The notes under the pieces are model-generated. The model had not been told where the DNA came from. It ran no database searches and saw only the letters and a list, made by a program, of their open reading frames with translations. 64,000 nucleotides of DNA from the IMG/VR virus record IMGVR_UViG_3300040796_000034, positions 1-64,000 of that record. The stretch is one strand, 5' to 3'. The translations under genes and the position numbers were made by a program. Source of the DNA: a virus. Shown piece by piece: positions 37,895 to 47,063 of this stretch (position 1 is the first letter of the stretch; the number at the start of each line of letters is the position of its first letter).

Positions 37895-38671
37895 TATCTC
37901 TAGTTTATATTTTTCACTACAAATTTTTTCAGTAAGCCTCTCTACGGCTGTATTAAAATAAAATTTATCTAATTCGATACCAATAAACTGTCTATCAGTA
38001 TTCATACAAGCTAACCCTGTATTACCACAACCCATCGTAAAATCTAATACAACATCGTTTTCATTGGAATAAGTCTTTACAAGGTATTCCATAAGGTCTA
38101 AGGGTTTTTCTGTAGGATGCATAAACGTCTTTTTAGTAACTTGATTACCTCGTTTACAATTATCGAATTTTTGAACAGACCTTGGATATCGTTTACCTGA
38201 TGTATTTTCAGTAGAATAAGACGCTTTAAACTTTGCAAAGTTTGTACTAGGTCTTTCACCTGAACGTTGCTTGTAAGGCTTTCCTTGAGTAAACTGAGGG
38301 TTATATTTAGGTTTCCTTATCTTACTGAATACCATAATACATTCATGTACTTTAAAAGGTCTATACTTAACTTGTAGAAAATTAGCTCCATTAGGTTTCT
38401 CCCATATCCAGTCATAAAGAAAGTCTTTTCTATTACTTAAACGTACTGTACTTGCAAAAGGTTCTGTTCCAAACAAGACTATATTAGTGTCTTTTTTAAT
38501 AACCTTGTATAAGCTTTTCCACATATTGTCTAAAGGAATTGGAGTATCCCATTTGTTAGCTGTAATCCCATAAGGGATATCTGTTATAACAGCATCTACT
38601 TTAACACCTTCTTCAGTTAGAGTATCTAGTATTTTAAAACAGTCACCTTCGACTAATCTTATTTTGTTCAT
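37889..38671 (-). CDS. N6-adenine/N4-cytosine DNA methyltransferase (beta class)
   Basis: DIPY, HPTEKP, VLDFTMGCG, FIGIELD. Confidence 0.9.
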   Translation of the reverse strand: MNKIRLVEGDCFKILDTLTEEGVKVDAVITDIPYGITANKWDTPIPLDNMWKSLYKVIKKDTNIVLFGTEPFASTVRLSNRKDFLYDWIWEKPNGANFLQVKYRPFKVHECIMVFSKIRKPKYNPQFTQGKPYKQRSGERPSTNFAKFKASYSTENTSGKRYPRSVQKFDNCKRGNQVTKKTFMHPTEKPLDLMEYLVKTYSNENDVVLDFTMGCGNTGLACMNTDRQFIGIELDKFYFNTAVERLTEKICSEKYKLEIS

Positions 38672-38672
38672 T

Positions 38673-39512
38673 TTATTTTATGTTCTTTAACAAATGTTTA
38701 ATAACATCTACAGTCCAAGCATTTCCAATCATTTTATACCTTTGAGTCTTTGATGTGTTTACTACGTTTGTGTAGTTATCAGGTAAGGTTTGTAGTCTTT
38801 CACATTCTAAAGGAGTGAAATACCTAAGCCAGTCTTCATACTCTAAATACCCTACACCATCCCTACTACAGTAATGAGTAGTAACTGTATTACTTTTAAG
38901 TCTATTTGTACAATTAAGATATTGTTTCTTAGGGTCATTAAAAAGTTTACATAAGAATGGAAGTTTATTAGCTTTATATTGCCCTAAAACGTTATTATCT
39001 GTTTCTAAGATATCCTGAAGTAAAATACCTTTATCTTTAGGTTGTCTTACGTTCGGTATATTTGTCCAATAATATCTTTTACGGTTCTGTGCCGATACAA
39101 GATTACTATTTATTTCAATTGGTTGTACTTCTAAAAACTTTGATATGATGTCTTTTACAGTGTTTTTAACTTTCACATTTTCATATAAAAAGTATTTAGG
39201 TTTACTCTCTTTTAAAGCTCGTACATATTCAAAAAACAGTTTACTACGAGGGTCTTCAAAGTTGTAACATTTTCCTGAGTTAGAAAACCCTTGACAAGGC
39301 GAACCACCTAATAACAAATCTATCTTAGGTAGAGATGTGAAAGTAATATCTAATACATTCCCTAGCTGTATTGTATTCGGATAATAATGTTGAGTAACTT
39401 TTATAGCAAACTTATCAATCTCAGATGCAAAGTAATTATCATAAGATATGTTGGCGCGATTTAAAGCTATTTGAGCGGCGCTAAGACCGTCGAAAAGGCT
39501 TAGTATGTTCAT
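38673..39512 (-). CDS. C5-cytosine DNA methyltransferase
   Basis: SLFDG, GGSPCQGFS, YENV, Q.RKR, RLQTLPD, IGNAW; probable start MNILSLF at 39512. Confidence 0.9.
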   Translation of the reverse strand: MNILSLFDGLSAAQIALNRANISYDNYFASEIDKFAIKVTQHYYPNTIQLGNVLDITFTSLPKIDLLLGGSPCQGFSNSGKCYNFEDPRSKLFFEYVRALKESKPKYFLYENVKVKNTVKDIISKFLEVQPIEINSNLVSAQNRKRYYWTNIPNVRQPKDKGILLQDILETDNNVLGQYKANKLPFLCKLFNDPKKQYLNCTNRLKSNTVTTHYCSRDGVGYLEYEDWLRYFTPLECERLQTLPDNYTNVVNTSKTQRYKMIGNAWTVDVIKHLLKNIK

Positions 39513-39516
39513 TTGT

Positions 39517-41670
39517 TTATCCCCCAAATACAATAGCGTACTCTAGTGACGTATTCTCAATTGCAGTCATTACTTCATTAGTTATCCGATTGTTTACAGT
39601 AGCTATTTCCGCAGTTATTTCATCTCGGATATTTTGATTAAAGGTATAAGTTTTTATAACCCAAAGACCCCCTTCTCCAGATGCTAGATTACTAGGTTTC
39701 CAAGTAGTTGTATTATTACCAGAGCTTGTATTATAAGCATCATAGACTATTTCTTCTTTACTATTGTCACTGTAAATAATTTTAGACTCTGTACCGTCAT
39801 ACAACGTCGTAGAAGGTATTGAAGTTAAAATACTCTCGTGTATAGGTGCAATAAAGTAAGCCATGTTATCAAGTGATTCTATTAAGGAATACTTAAGTTC
39901 ATAGCAAATATTATCTTCAAAAGTTTTCAAATATTCTGGTAAATGCCGAATACTTGTAATAGTATCTCCTTCATAAAGAAAACTGTAATAAACAGAATGT
40001 GTACCTGTTGTAAAATTAGTACCTCCTGATACAGAGCTTACCGTAGTAATATTCTTAACCTCATACAAGTTAAAGTAAACATCTGTATTTGTAGGTAGTG
40101 AAGTAATAACAGTACCTATGTTGTAATCAGTAATCTCAAATACTTCAGAAGACAGTGTATTATTAATTGGCAAAGTGTATCTTCGTATTTCACTATCAGA
40201 ATTTCTAACGATATAGATGTTAATACTCTTTACAGCAAAGGTACATAAAGAGTTAGCAATAACATCCGGGTAATCTGTCCTAACCTTTGTCGGGTAATTT
40301 ATCGTGATTTGCAGTTTATTAAGGCTTGAAGCTACGTTAACGTTCTTAGAGGTAGAAAGACTCGATTCTCCGGGTAAAGTACCTACAACGGCTCGTAAAG
40401 CGCTGCTAGGTGACAGTGAATCAACCGTAGTTGCATAAGCGGTTCCATCTCTATTAATGGCAATCTTATTTAAACTACTATCTTCAAGTCCGTAGAGGGT
40501 CTGTTCACCTTGTAAAGGAAATGAGTATGACTGTATTAAACCACTACCTGACTGTACAATACATGAATATCCTTGTGAAGGTAATACTCTCATGTAATCC
40601 CCTGTACTTAACATGATGTTTCCTAGTATTTCTCCTGATTCATTAAAGACTCCATTCTCTTCACTAAAATAAAGTAAAATGCTTATTAAACTTTCACTAG
40701 GAATATATCTAAGTATTTCATAACTATTAAAACTTAATCGTACTACAACATAGTAGGCTTTATTTACATCTAAGTCATCTTCTAAATATAGTTCAGTTTC
40801 TTCAGAGTTGTACATAACCTCTGTATCTAAATAGTTAAAGATAAAAGAATCATCATTAAGCGTTGTTTGTAATTCACCTGTATCTAGGTGTACATAACCT
40901 TTAAAAGTTAAATAGAGCTTACCAGAAAAAAGAGAAGACTTGTTAATAGCATCTACAAAGACACTTGCTGATATACGAGTACCTTTAATAATTAAGTCAC
41001 TACCACTTAACCACAAATGAATCTCTTCAGAGTTACTACCGTCGCCTGAGTAAGTAGAGTAGTAACTTGAATCTACTGTATTACTAGAGATGTCGTATCT
41101 ACAACCATCTACAGCATAAACATCTGAAAGGTATATAGACCAACCTCCTCGTATTTTCCATCTATAACCATTATCAGAGAGTAAGACATTAAAACCATCA
41201 ACTAGGGTAGTAGTATCTAGTTCATCATATTCATAAATAAAACCTGTACTTGCAAAACCTCTTAACATACCGTGGGTGTACAAGGTTACATTAGCTGGAG
41301 CATCAAGTATTGCCTCAGTAGTTAGTAATATGTCATCATTAATGATTACCTCTAATGGATATACACCTGTATTAGGTATTCGACATATCTGATTAAAAGA
41401 TTCTAAAGCTGTTGTATTTGAAATACCTATGACATAGCTAGTCCAGTATTCTCCTGTATTCTCTGCTGTACTGTTAATAGTAAAAGTAATGCTGTCACCA
41501 TCTAAGATAGAGATAGGTGAAGATATAATATTGTAATTTCTACCAATACGGTTGTATGCACATATTGAGAAGTAGTAAATACCTGATGATAGATTACCTC
41601 CTGTATTAGTAGTTATAGTCCAATCTGCATTATCTAGCCTTACTCGGCCATTTGCGTACATAAGTGTCAT
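39517..41670 (-). CDS. putative tail/virion structural protein
   Basis: 717 aa, S/T/Y-rich beta-type composition, late block. Confidence 0.5.
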   Translation of the reverse strand: MTLMYANGRVRLDNADWTITTNTGGNLSSGIYYFSICAYNRIGRNYNIISSPISILDGDSITFTINSTAENTGEYWTSYVIGISNTTALESFNQICRIPNTGVYPLEVIINDDILLTTEAILDAPANVTLYTHGMLRGFASTGFIYEYDELDTTTLVDGFNVLLSDNGYRWKIRGGWSIYLSDVYAVDGCRYDISSNTVDSSYYSTYSGDGSNSEEIHLWLSGSDLIIKGTRISASVFVDAINKSSLFSGKLYLTFKGYVHLDTGELQTTLNDDSFIFNYLDTEVMYNSEETELYLEDDLDVNKAYYVVVRLSFNSYEILRYIPSESLISILLYFSEENGVFNESGEILGNIMLSTGDYMRVLPSQGYSCIVQSGSGLIQSYSFPLQGEQTLYGLEDSSLNKIAINRDGTAYATTVDSLSPSSALRAVVGTLPGESSLSTSKNVNVASSLNKLQITINYPTKVRTDYPDVIANSLCTFAVKSINIYIVRNSDSEIRRYTLPINNTLSSEVFEITDYNIGTVITSLPTNTDVYFNLYEVKNITTVSSVSGGTNFTTGTHSVYYSFLYEGDTITSIRHLPEYLKTFEDNICYELKYSLIESLDNMAYFIAPIHESILTSIPSTTLYDGTESKIIYSDNSKEEIVYDAYNTSSGNNTTTWKPSNLASGEGGLWVIKTYTFNQNIRDEITAEIATVNNRITNEVMTAIENTSLEYAIVFGG

Positions 41671-41840
41671 CGAATGTTAACCTTGTTTGTAATGTTTTTA
41701 TTTGATTTGTCAAGCCTATAGATTACTTCACCTTTAACTAAGATTTCTGTAAATCTAGCTTGTGTATTAACAGTAGGTCTATAGACTTGCATAAACTCTT
41801 GTAGTTTATTATATAGCTCTTGATTAGTTATGTCCGACAT
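41667..41840 (-). CDS. 57-aa hypothetical protein (absent from ORF track)
   Basis: MSDITNQELYNKLQEFMQVYRP..KVNIR*; ATGA overlap with the next gene. Confidence 0.55.
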   Translation of the reverse strand: MSDITNQELYNKLQEFMQVYRPTVNTQARFTEILVKGEVIYRLDKSNKNITNKVNIR

Positions 41841-41842
41841 GA

Positions 41843-44329
41843 TTAAAATTTATACCTAGATTTGTCAATATTAAAGGGAGTTGCTTGTAAAATTTTATCA
41901 TTATATTTGACATTAACTAATTGAAAAATATTATTAGGTTTTGGTATTTTTCTCTCTTTAATCTTTAAATTAACAAAAGATTCTACGCCTAAAGTTAGTT
42001 GTGTATTAGCTACGCTCTCTATGTTTTTAAAATCCAAGTTATAACCTAGTATCGAGATGTTGTGATTGATGTTAAGGATTCTACACTTGTAAGTAATGTC
42101 GTTGTATTTAACTATAAGTCTGTCACCAATCTCATAATCCAAACTAAAAAAAGTAGTTAAGTTTAAACTCTCTTCCTGTAAAGTACGTTTAATTCGTAAG
42201 TCTGTTTCAGCAGCAGCGAAAGCTTTCTGTTTTGTATCTACATCAAAGCTTATAACTCCTTTCACGGGGTCTTTATCTGTAAAAGAATCTGTGTAAATTA
42301 AATACTCTATATCGTCTTTTTTTCTTGTACGATTGCCAGAAGTATGTTGACTACTGTCTTTACTTATTTCATCTTTATTGTAAAAATACAAGGGTTTAGC
42401 TTTATGTTGACCGGGTTCACCTGATGAAATCTCTGTCTGTGTATTTTCTGAACTATTTCTAAAACCATCATCTTGTGCTGAGTATTCTGTCGTGAAAGTA
42501 GTATAGCTGTATTCTTTTATATCAGGTTTAATAGATAAATCTGTTTGAACCCTACCTTCTCCATTGGTTACATCGTCAAACTGATATAGTACAGAGTTAT
42601 CTCCAGAAACTTGAACCCTACGACGTATTTGTGTGTCTTTTCCAACGGTTAGCGGAGGCAGTAAAGTTATTGGGTCTGCATCGGGGTCGTTAGCTGCCGC
42701 TTGTTCCTCTATCTCTCTTCTAAGGGCTATATTCTCAGGGTTTTCTATTTTATCAAAACAACTGTATATCGTCTCTTCAGCTAGCATAAACATTGGTTCA
42801 ATATAGTTAGGGTCTCGTACAGAACCTAACTGAAGATTTCCTTGAGAATCACAGTAGTAGAAAGTTATGTAAGGTAGTAGATGTCGATATGAGTTAAAGT
42901 AGTCTCTAAGTTGACCTAGTTTGTATCTAGTATATCCTCTAACAGAGACAGTCCTATACAGGTATGTATTTAAAAATGCTTGTATCTCTGCGGCATCTTC
43001 ATCTTCAGGCTCTAGTTCAGCTAGCTCTTGCTGATACACCCAAGTTTCTAAAGCATTAGTCTCAGCCTTAAAACGACATCTCTTCCACCCAGTTATATTA
43101 TTGCCTAAGTAGTATCCAGTAAACTTGTCATAGATATATTCAGTTTGTTGATATTCAATCTGTCTCCAAACACTTCCAGGGCCATTTATCTCAAATTTAG
43201 CTTCATCACCATTCACTACAATATGGTCTTTACTAACGTATTCAAAACCGTAAGTAGATATTTCCTCAAACAATATATTTTTTTCACCTTTAAAACCTAT
43301 CTCATAAGTAGTCTTAATCCGTTGTTTACGAGGGCCTGAGTTATCAAAGGTTAAATCTAGAGTCTTAATAACTCCTTCAATACTAGGAGGGCTATTATAG
43401 GTCTCATCTCCACTATATTCTGTTTTTGTTTTAGGATTCTTTTTTACAAATCTAGGTATCCCTTTTGTGTCTGTAAAGTCTTCTTCACTATTACTCCAAG
43501 TAAGTAAGTAAGGGTCATATTTAATCTGTACACCTTGTTTAGAATAACTAACACCTGTATCTTCAATAACAGTAGTGTCATCTAATTTATGCTTAGAAAC
43601 TCTATCCCAATCTCTTAGCTCAACAGATTTGCCAATATAGACAAAGGATTTGTTTTTTCGACTCTCTGCCTGTAAAAGATTGTTAAAGGTACTTGATGCC
43701 TTTGTATTTTGCTTATCTACTTCGATTTTATGATTAAGTCCTTTGTACTTTACATCAGCTTTACGAGCTAATTTAGAAAGACTGACTTCGTATTTATCCT
43801 TATCTTTTTTACTTTCACTAAAATTAACAACTTCAACATTATTGTAACTGCAAGTTTTATCATTCTTATTAAGTAAGTATATCTGAGTATTAAGACCTTT
43901 TGTCCAATAAGAATCTAGTGAAATATTAAATACAAATCTGCCTTTAGGGTTTATAACTCTTGGGTTACTTTGATAATTTATGTAGCTTACTCTATATGGA
44001 ATATTAAAAAGAGTAATCTTTCTATCTTCTTTCGTAAAATACTTGTACACATCATCATAAGCCCCCCTATCACATTCTAGTGTCATACTAACTCTAGGAC
44101 TATTTTCAAAGGACATACTAATACTGACATTTCCCCAAAGCTTTAAGTCAGTAAAAAGTTTAGGTGTGTCAATCTTATTGGTGTACAGCTTTTCAGTAAG
44201 GCTTACATAGCGTATATAGTTAACATCACTGTAGTTATGTAAATCTAAATACAATTCGTTTAAAGATGTGTCAACTTTATAACTTGGTTGCACGAGTCCT
44301 AGTAAAGGCTGTATGTTAGTTAATTTCAT
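41843..44329 (-). CDS. putative tail hub/tip protein
   Basis: 828 aa; C-terminal IGDRL.V...CRI.NINH typical of hub proteins. Confidence 0.5.
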   Translation of the reverse strand: MKLTNIQPLLGLVQPSYKVDTSLNELYLDLHNYSDVNYIRYVSLTEKLYTNKIDTPKLFTDLKLWGNVSISMSFENSPRVSMTLECDRGAYDDVYKYFTKEDRKITLFNIPYRVSYINYQSNPRVINPKGRFVFNISLDSYWTKGLNTQIYLLNKNDKTCSYNNVEVVNFSESKKDKDKYEVSLSKLARKADVKYKGLNHKIEVDKQNTKASSTFNNLLQAESRKNKSFVYIGKSVELRDWDRVSKHKLDDTTVIEDTGVSYSKQGVQIKYDPYLLTWSNSEEDFTDTKGIPRFVKKNPKTKTEYSGDETYNSPPSIEGVIKTLDLTFDNSGPRKQRIKTTYEIGFKGEKNILFEEISTYGFEYVSKDHIVVNGDEAKFEINGPGSVWRQIEYQQTEYIYDKFTGYYLGNNITGWKRCRFKAETNALETWVYQQELAELEPEDEDAAEIQAFLNTYLYRTVSVRGYTRYKLGQLRDYFNSYRHLLPYITFYYCDSQGNLQLGSVRDPNYIEPMFMLAEETIYSCFDKIENPENIALRREIEEQAAANDPDADPITLLPPLTVGKDTQIRRRVQVSGDNSVLYQFDDVTNGEGRVQTDLSIKPDIKEYSYTTFTTEYSAQDDGFRNSSENTQTEISSGEPGQHKAKPLYFYNKDEISKDSSQHTSGNRTRKKDDIEYLIYTDSFTDKDPVKGVISFDVDTKQKAFAAAETDLRIKRTLQEESLNLTTFFSLDYEIGDRLIVKYNDITYKCRILNINHNISILGYNLDFKNIESVANTQLTLGVESFVNLKIKERKIPKPNNIFQLVNVKYNDKILQATPFNIDKSRYKF

Positions 44330-44564
44330 TTATCAACACTCCATTAACATATATTGATTGAATAACCTCTCGGTCTTGTAGTGAAAAGAATACACGATAA
44401 CCTCCTGATGAAATACCATAGTCATTAAGTCGAGTAAACTCTGTTTTAAACGTACCTTTTTCAATTAGTCGATATAAGGTATTATTAACAGTTGTATTGG
44501 TTAGCTTAAATAAAGGAGATGGGTGTATATTTGTATTGTCTGTATTAGGTTTATAAAGAAACAT
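44316..44564 (-). CDS. hypothetical protein in the tail operon
   Basis: 82 aa, overlaps the next gene. Confidence 0.5.
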   Translation of the reverse strand: MFLYKPNTDNTNIHPSPLFKLTNTTVNNTLYRLIEKGTFKTEFTRLNDYGISSGGYRVFFSLQDREVIQSIYVNGVLINEIN

Positions 44565-44590
44565 TATCTACCAGAACCTCTTTCAGTCAT
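44564..44590 (-). CDS. PatS-like micropeptide MTERGSGR
   Basis: ATG ACT GAA AGA GGT TCT GGT AGA TAA; stop overlaps the next ATG (TAATG). Confidence 0.65.
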   Translation of the reverse strand: MTERGSGR

Positions 44591-44743
44591 ATTTCTGTCG
44601 TAATTAATTACAATAAAATAATTGTAACACTAATACCTTCACTAAAAGCCCTGTAACGTCTATTAGATATCTTTAGGTAAAAAATTACAGGAAAAATTGA
44701 ATAGATGCCTTTACAAGGCTATTAGCAACAGGTACGTTAAGAT

Positions 44744-44866
44744 ATGAAACTTAAGAGACATGAATCTTCCCGTAAGCAGGGAAGAAACGATAAAGGCAGA
44801 AATTCATCTGCTAGATTGAGACAACTGAAAAAACAAAGACAAATATTAAGGAGCAAACTTAAATGA
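44744..44866 (+). CDS. 40-aa highly basic micropeptide
   Basis: MKLKRHESSRKQGRNDKGRNSSARLRQLKKQRQILRSKLK*; ATGA overlap with 44863. Confidence 0.55.
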   Translation: MKLKRHESSRKQGRNDKGRNSSARLRQLKKQRQILRSKLK

Positions 44867-45324
44867 CAAATACAACAGATTATAAAATATTATTCACAGA
44901 ATTTACAAACAATGAGATGTTCACTCTTTATTGTGATGATGGGTTTTTACGAAAAGGTGTAGTTAACAAAGGTATCTATCTAACAACATTACCTGAATGG
45001 GGTGGTTTTTTACATTCTGGAATGATGGTACAATCTGATAAAAATGAGTTAGTTAACTCTGCTAGTAAGTTAGACTATGGTATTTACTTGTATTGGATGA
45101 TATGGTTGTACAAAAGTCCAGAGTTATTTAATGAACTATTTGTTAAATCAGATAATGTATCAGAAGATATAGATTACAAGAAAGAATTTGATGACCTTTA
45201 TGAAGAGTTTAAAATACTCGAAGATAACTATGATATGTTAAAAGAGTCTTATGATTATTTACGAAAGATTCAACACAAAGAAAACCAGATGATAGAACAA
45301 GATTTAGGAACTGAATATGATTAA
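44863..45324 (+). CDS. hypothetical protein
   Basis: 153 aa, AGGAG RBS, C-terminal coiled coil. Confidence 0.55.
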   Translation: MTNTTDYKILFTEFTNNEMFTLYCDDGFLRKGVVNKGIYLTTLPEWGGFLHSGMMVQSDKNELVNSASKLDYGIYLYWMIWLYKSPELFNELFVKSDNVSEDIDYKKEFDDLYEEFKILEDNYDMLKESYDYLRKIQHKENQMIEQDLGTEYD

Positions 45325-45679
45325 TAATTTTAAAATTACAAGCATTGTACCCATTGAAGCTGATTATGAAATTGAAATAGATATCTGTACACTAGAATCT
45401 TTTGTTAGTAGTACACCTGCGATTAACTTAGCTTACGACGAAGCTGAGATACAAGCTGTTTTTGACAAACTAAAAGAGGATGACGAGTTGTGTATTGACA
45501 ATTTAAGTTTAGATGAAAAGGAAATTCTTCAGATAACTCTTGAAAATTATATAGAATATCAACAGAGAAGTTTTTCCACTGTTTTTGACCTTAAGAATCT
45601 TACAAACATAGAGTTTACTTCCTGTGACATTGTAGATACTACTCACCTAGATTGTTCAGAGTATGAAAAAGTTAAATGA
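45317..45679 (+). CDS. acidic hypothetical protein
   Basis: 120 aa; EIEID..LE.F motif shared with the next gene. Confidence 0.55.
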   Translation: MINNFKITSIVPIEADYEIEIDICTLESFVSSTPAINLAYDEAEIQAVFDKLKEDDELCIDNLSLDEKEILQITLENYIEYQQRSFSTVFDLKNLTNIEFTSCDIVDTTHLDCSEYEKVK

Positions 45680-46005
45680 AAACTAAACTACAATTACCGA
45701 CTGTTCAATTTAAAGAAATAGAGATAGATTTAGATGAACTAGAAAATTTTTGTGAAACTCAAAGTATCTCTTCTCTTAAGAAAGACTTCTGGTATCGTTT
45801 AAGTGGTGAAATACATAGATACAAAGCAGGTAAGTCTTATCGTAATTACTTAGAAGAGTTTTTAGAAGGTGTTTATTTTTTTTTAAAATCTGTTTATCCA
45901 GATGTGTATGAAGAATACTTTGACCCGTATTTTGAATATGAAGAAGGTCATATCGATACACAGCTTTGTAAAATAATACAAGATATGAAAGATTTAAACG
46001 AGTAG
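45676..46005 (+). CDS. acidic hypothetical protein
   Basis: 109 aa, ATGA coupling. Confidence 0.55.
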   Translation: MKTKLQLPTVQFKEIEIDLDELENFCETQSISSLKKDFWYRLSGEIHRYKAGKSYRNYLEEFLEGVYFFLKSVYPDVYEEYFDPYFEYEEGHIDTQLCKIIQDMKDLNE

Positions 46006-46032
46006 GAGGCTTGTTAGCCCTAGTTATTATAT

Positions 46033-46112
46033 AGGGATTCTTTAAAGAATCCCTGAATGCCTTTCTACATAAGAGTTACAGCAAATGACTAAATCCCGAA
46101 AACCTGGGATTT
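46033..46112. promoter_or_regulatory. two palindromes sharing a GGGATT half-site (putative operator or origin)
   Basis: Perfect 22-bp AGGGATTCTTTAAAGAATCCCT (46033-46054); AAATCCC-N8-GGGATTT (46091-46112). Confidence 0.55.
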
Positions 46113-46139
46113 TCTTTTCACTAAACAAACGAAAAAAAA

Positions 46140-46574
46140 ATGAATAAATTAGAAAGTGAATACCTGACAAAAAACAGTATTAGCTTAAATGATTGGTTAG
46201 ACATACTGACTTTAGTAGGTAGCTCTACTTATCTTAAAATTAATCAAGATTGTAGCGAAGCTAAACTTACTCGAACTAAATACTACAAAATTCTTAAAAA
46301 ATTTAAAGACGCTGACTTAGTTAAACAGGTTAAAGGTGAATACCGCTTAAATCCTTATTTCTACTTGCGTAATGACTGTAGTAAGGCTCTTGCTACCAAA
46401 TTACAGAACGAGTGGGATAATGAGCCTGAGAAGGGTAAATCAGAGCATCTACCGAAGACTATAACAGACCCGGTTACAGGAGAACTTTATCTTTATGACG
46501 ATAGTGAAGTAAGACCAATGGATAAAACACTAGGTTGGTACAGACCTGCAACTGTTGAGGATTATGAAAACTAG
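46140..46574 (+). CDS. winged-helix RepL-like DNA-binding protein
   Basis: LTRTKYYKILKKF...LVK..KGEYRLNPYF. Confidence 0.55.
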   Translation: MNKLESEYLTKNSISLNDWLDILTLVGSSTYLKINQDCSEAKLTRTKYYKILKKFKDADLVKQVKGEYRLNPYFYLRNDCSKALATKLQNEWDNEPEKGKSEHLPKTITDPVTGELYLYDDSEVRPMDKTLGWYRPATVEDYEN

Positions 46575-46977
46575 ACCACAGACAACGGCTTGCTTAGGTG
46601 TTAAGAAACATCTCCCGGTAAACCTTAACAAATCTCAAACGACGCTTACTGCTGCTTTCTTTAGGGAAGTTTATGGGGTTGATGTTAACTCTCATTACCG
46701 TTCTTGGATTTTAAGCATACTTCTTAAGTACCCAAACATTTACTTTAGTCGTGAAAATATTCAAGAAATCGTTGACAATGAATATCATAATGTAAAAATG
46801 CGTTATAAACTATCTGATGAAGATTACTTTAGTACAATTGATTATATTAGTGACTTTGTAGAGATAGTAACAGCATTAGGTAATTATGTTCATCTTGTAA
46901 AAATAAAAGAGAATGTTCATACAGCTTATACAGCTTTTATTAAAGGAGTATATGCTGAGATTAGTTTAGATAGTTAA
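46564..46977 (+). CDS. hypothetical protein
   Basis: ORF with probable ATG at 46564. Confidence 0.5.
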   Translation: MKTRPQTTACLGVKKHLPVNLNKSQTTLTAAFFREVYGVDVNSHYRSWILSILLKYPNIYFSRENIQEIVDNEYHNVKMRYKLSDEDYFSTIDYISDFVEIVTALGNYVHLVKIKENVHTAYTAFIKGVYAEISLDS

Positions 46978-47063
46978 CTGTACAAGTGAAAAATAAATAT
47001 TGAAGCAGATATATTACCCACTGATATCGAAAAAAGTTTTGATTACATTATTCAAGATTAATT

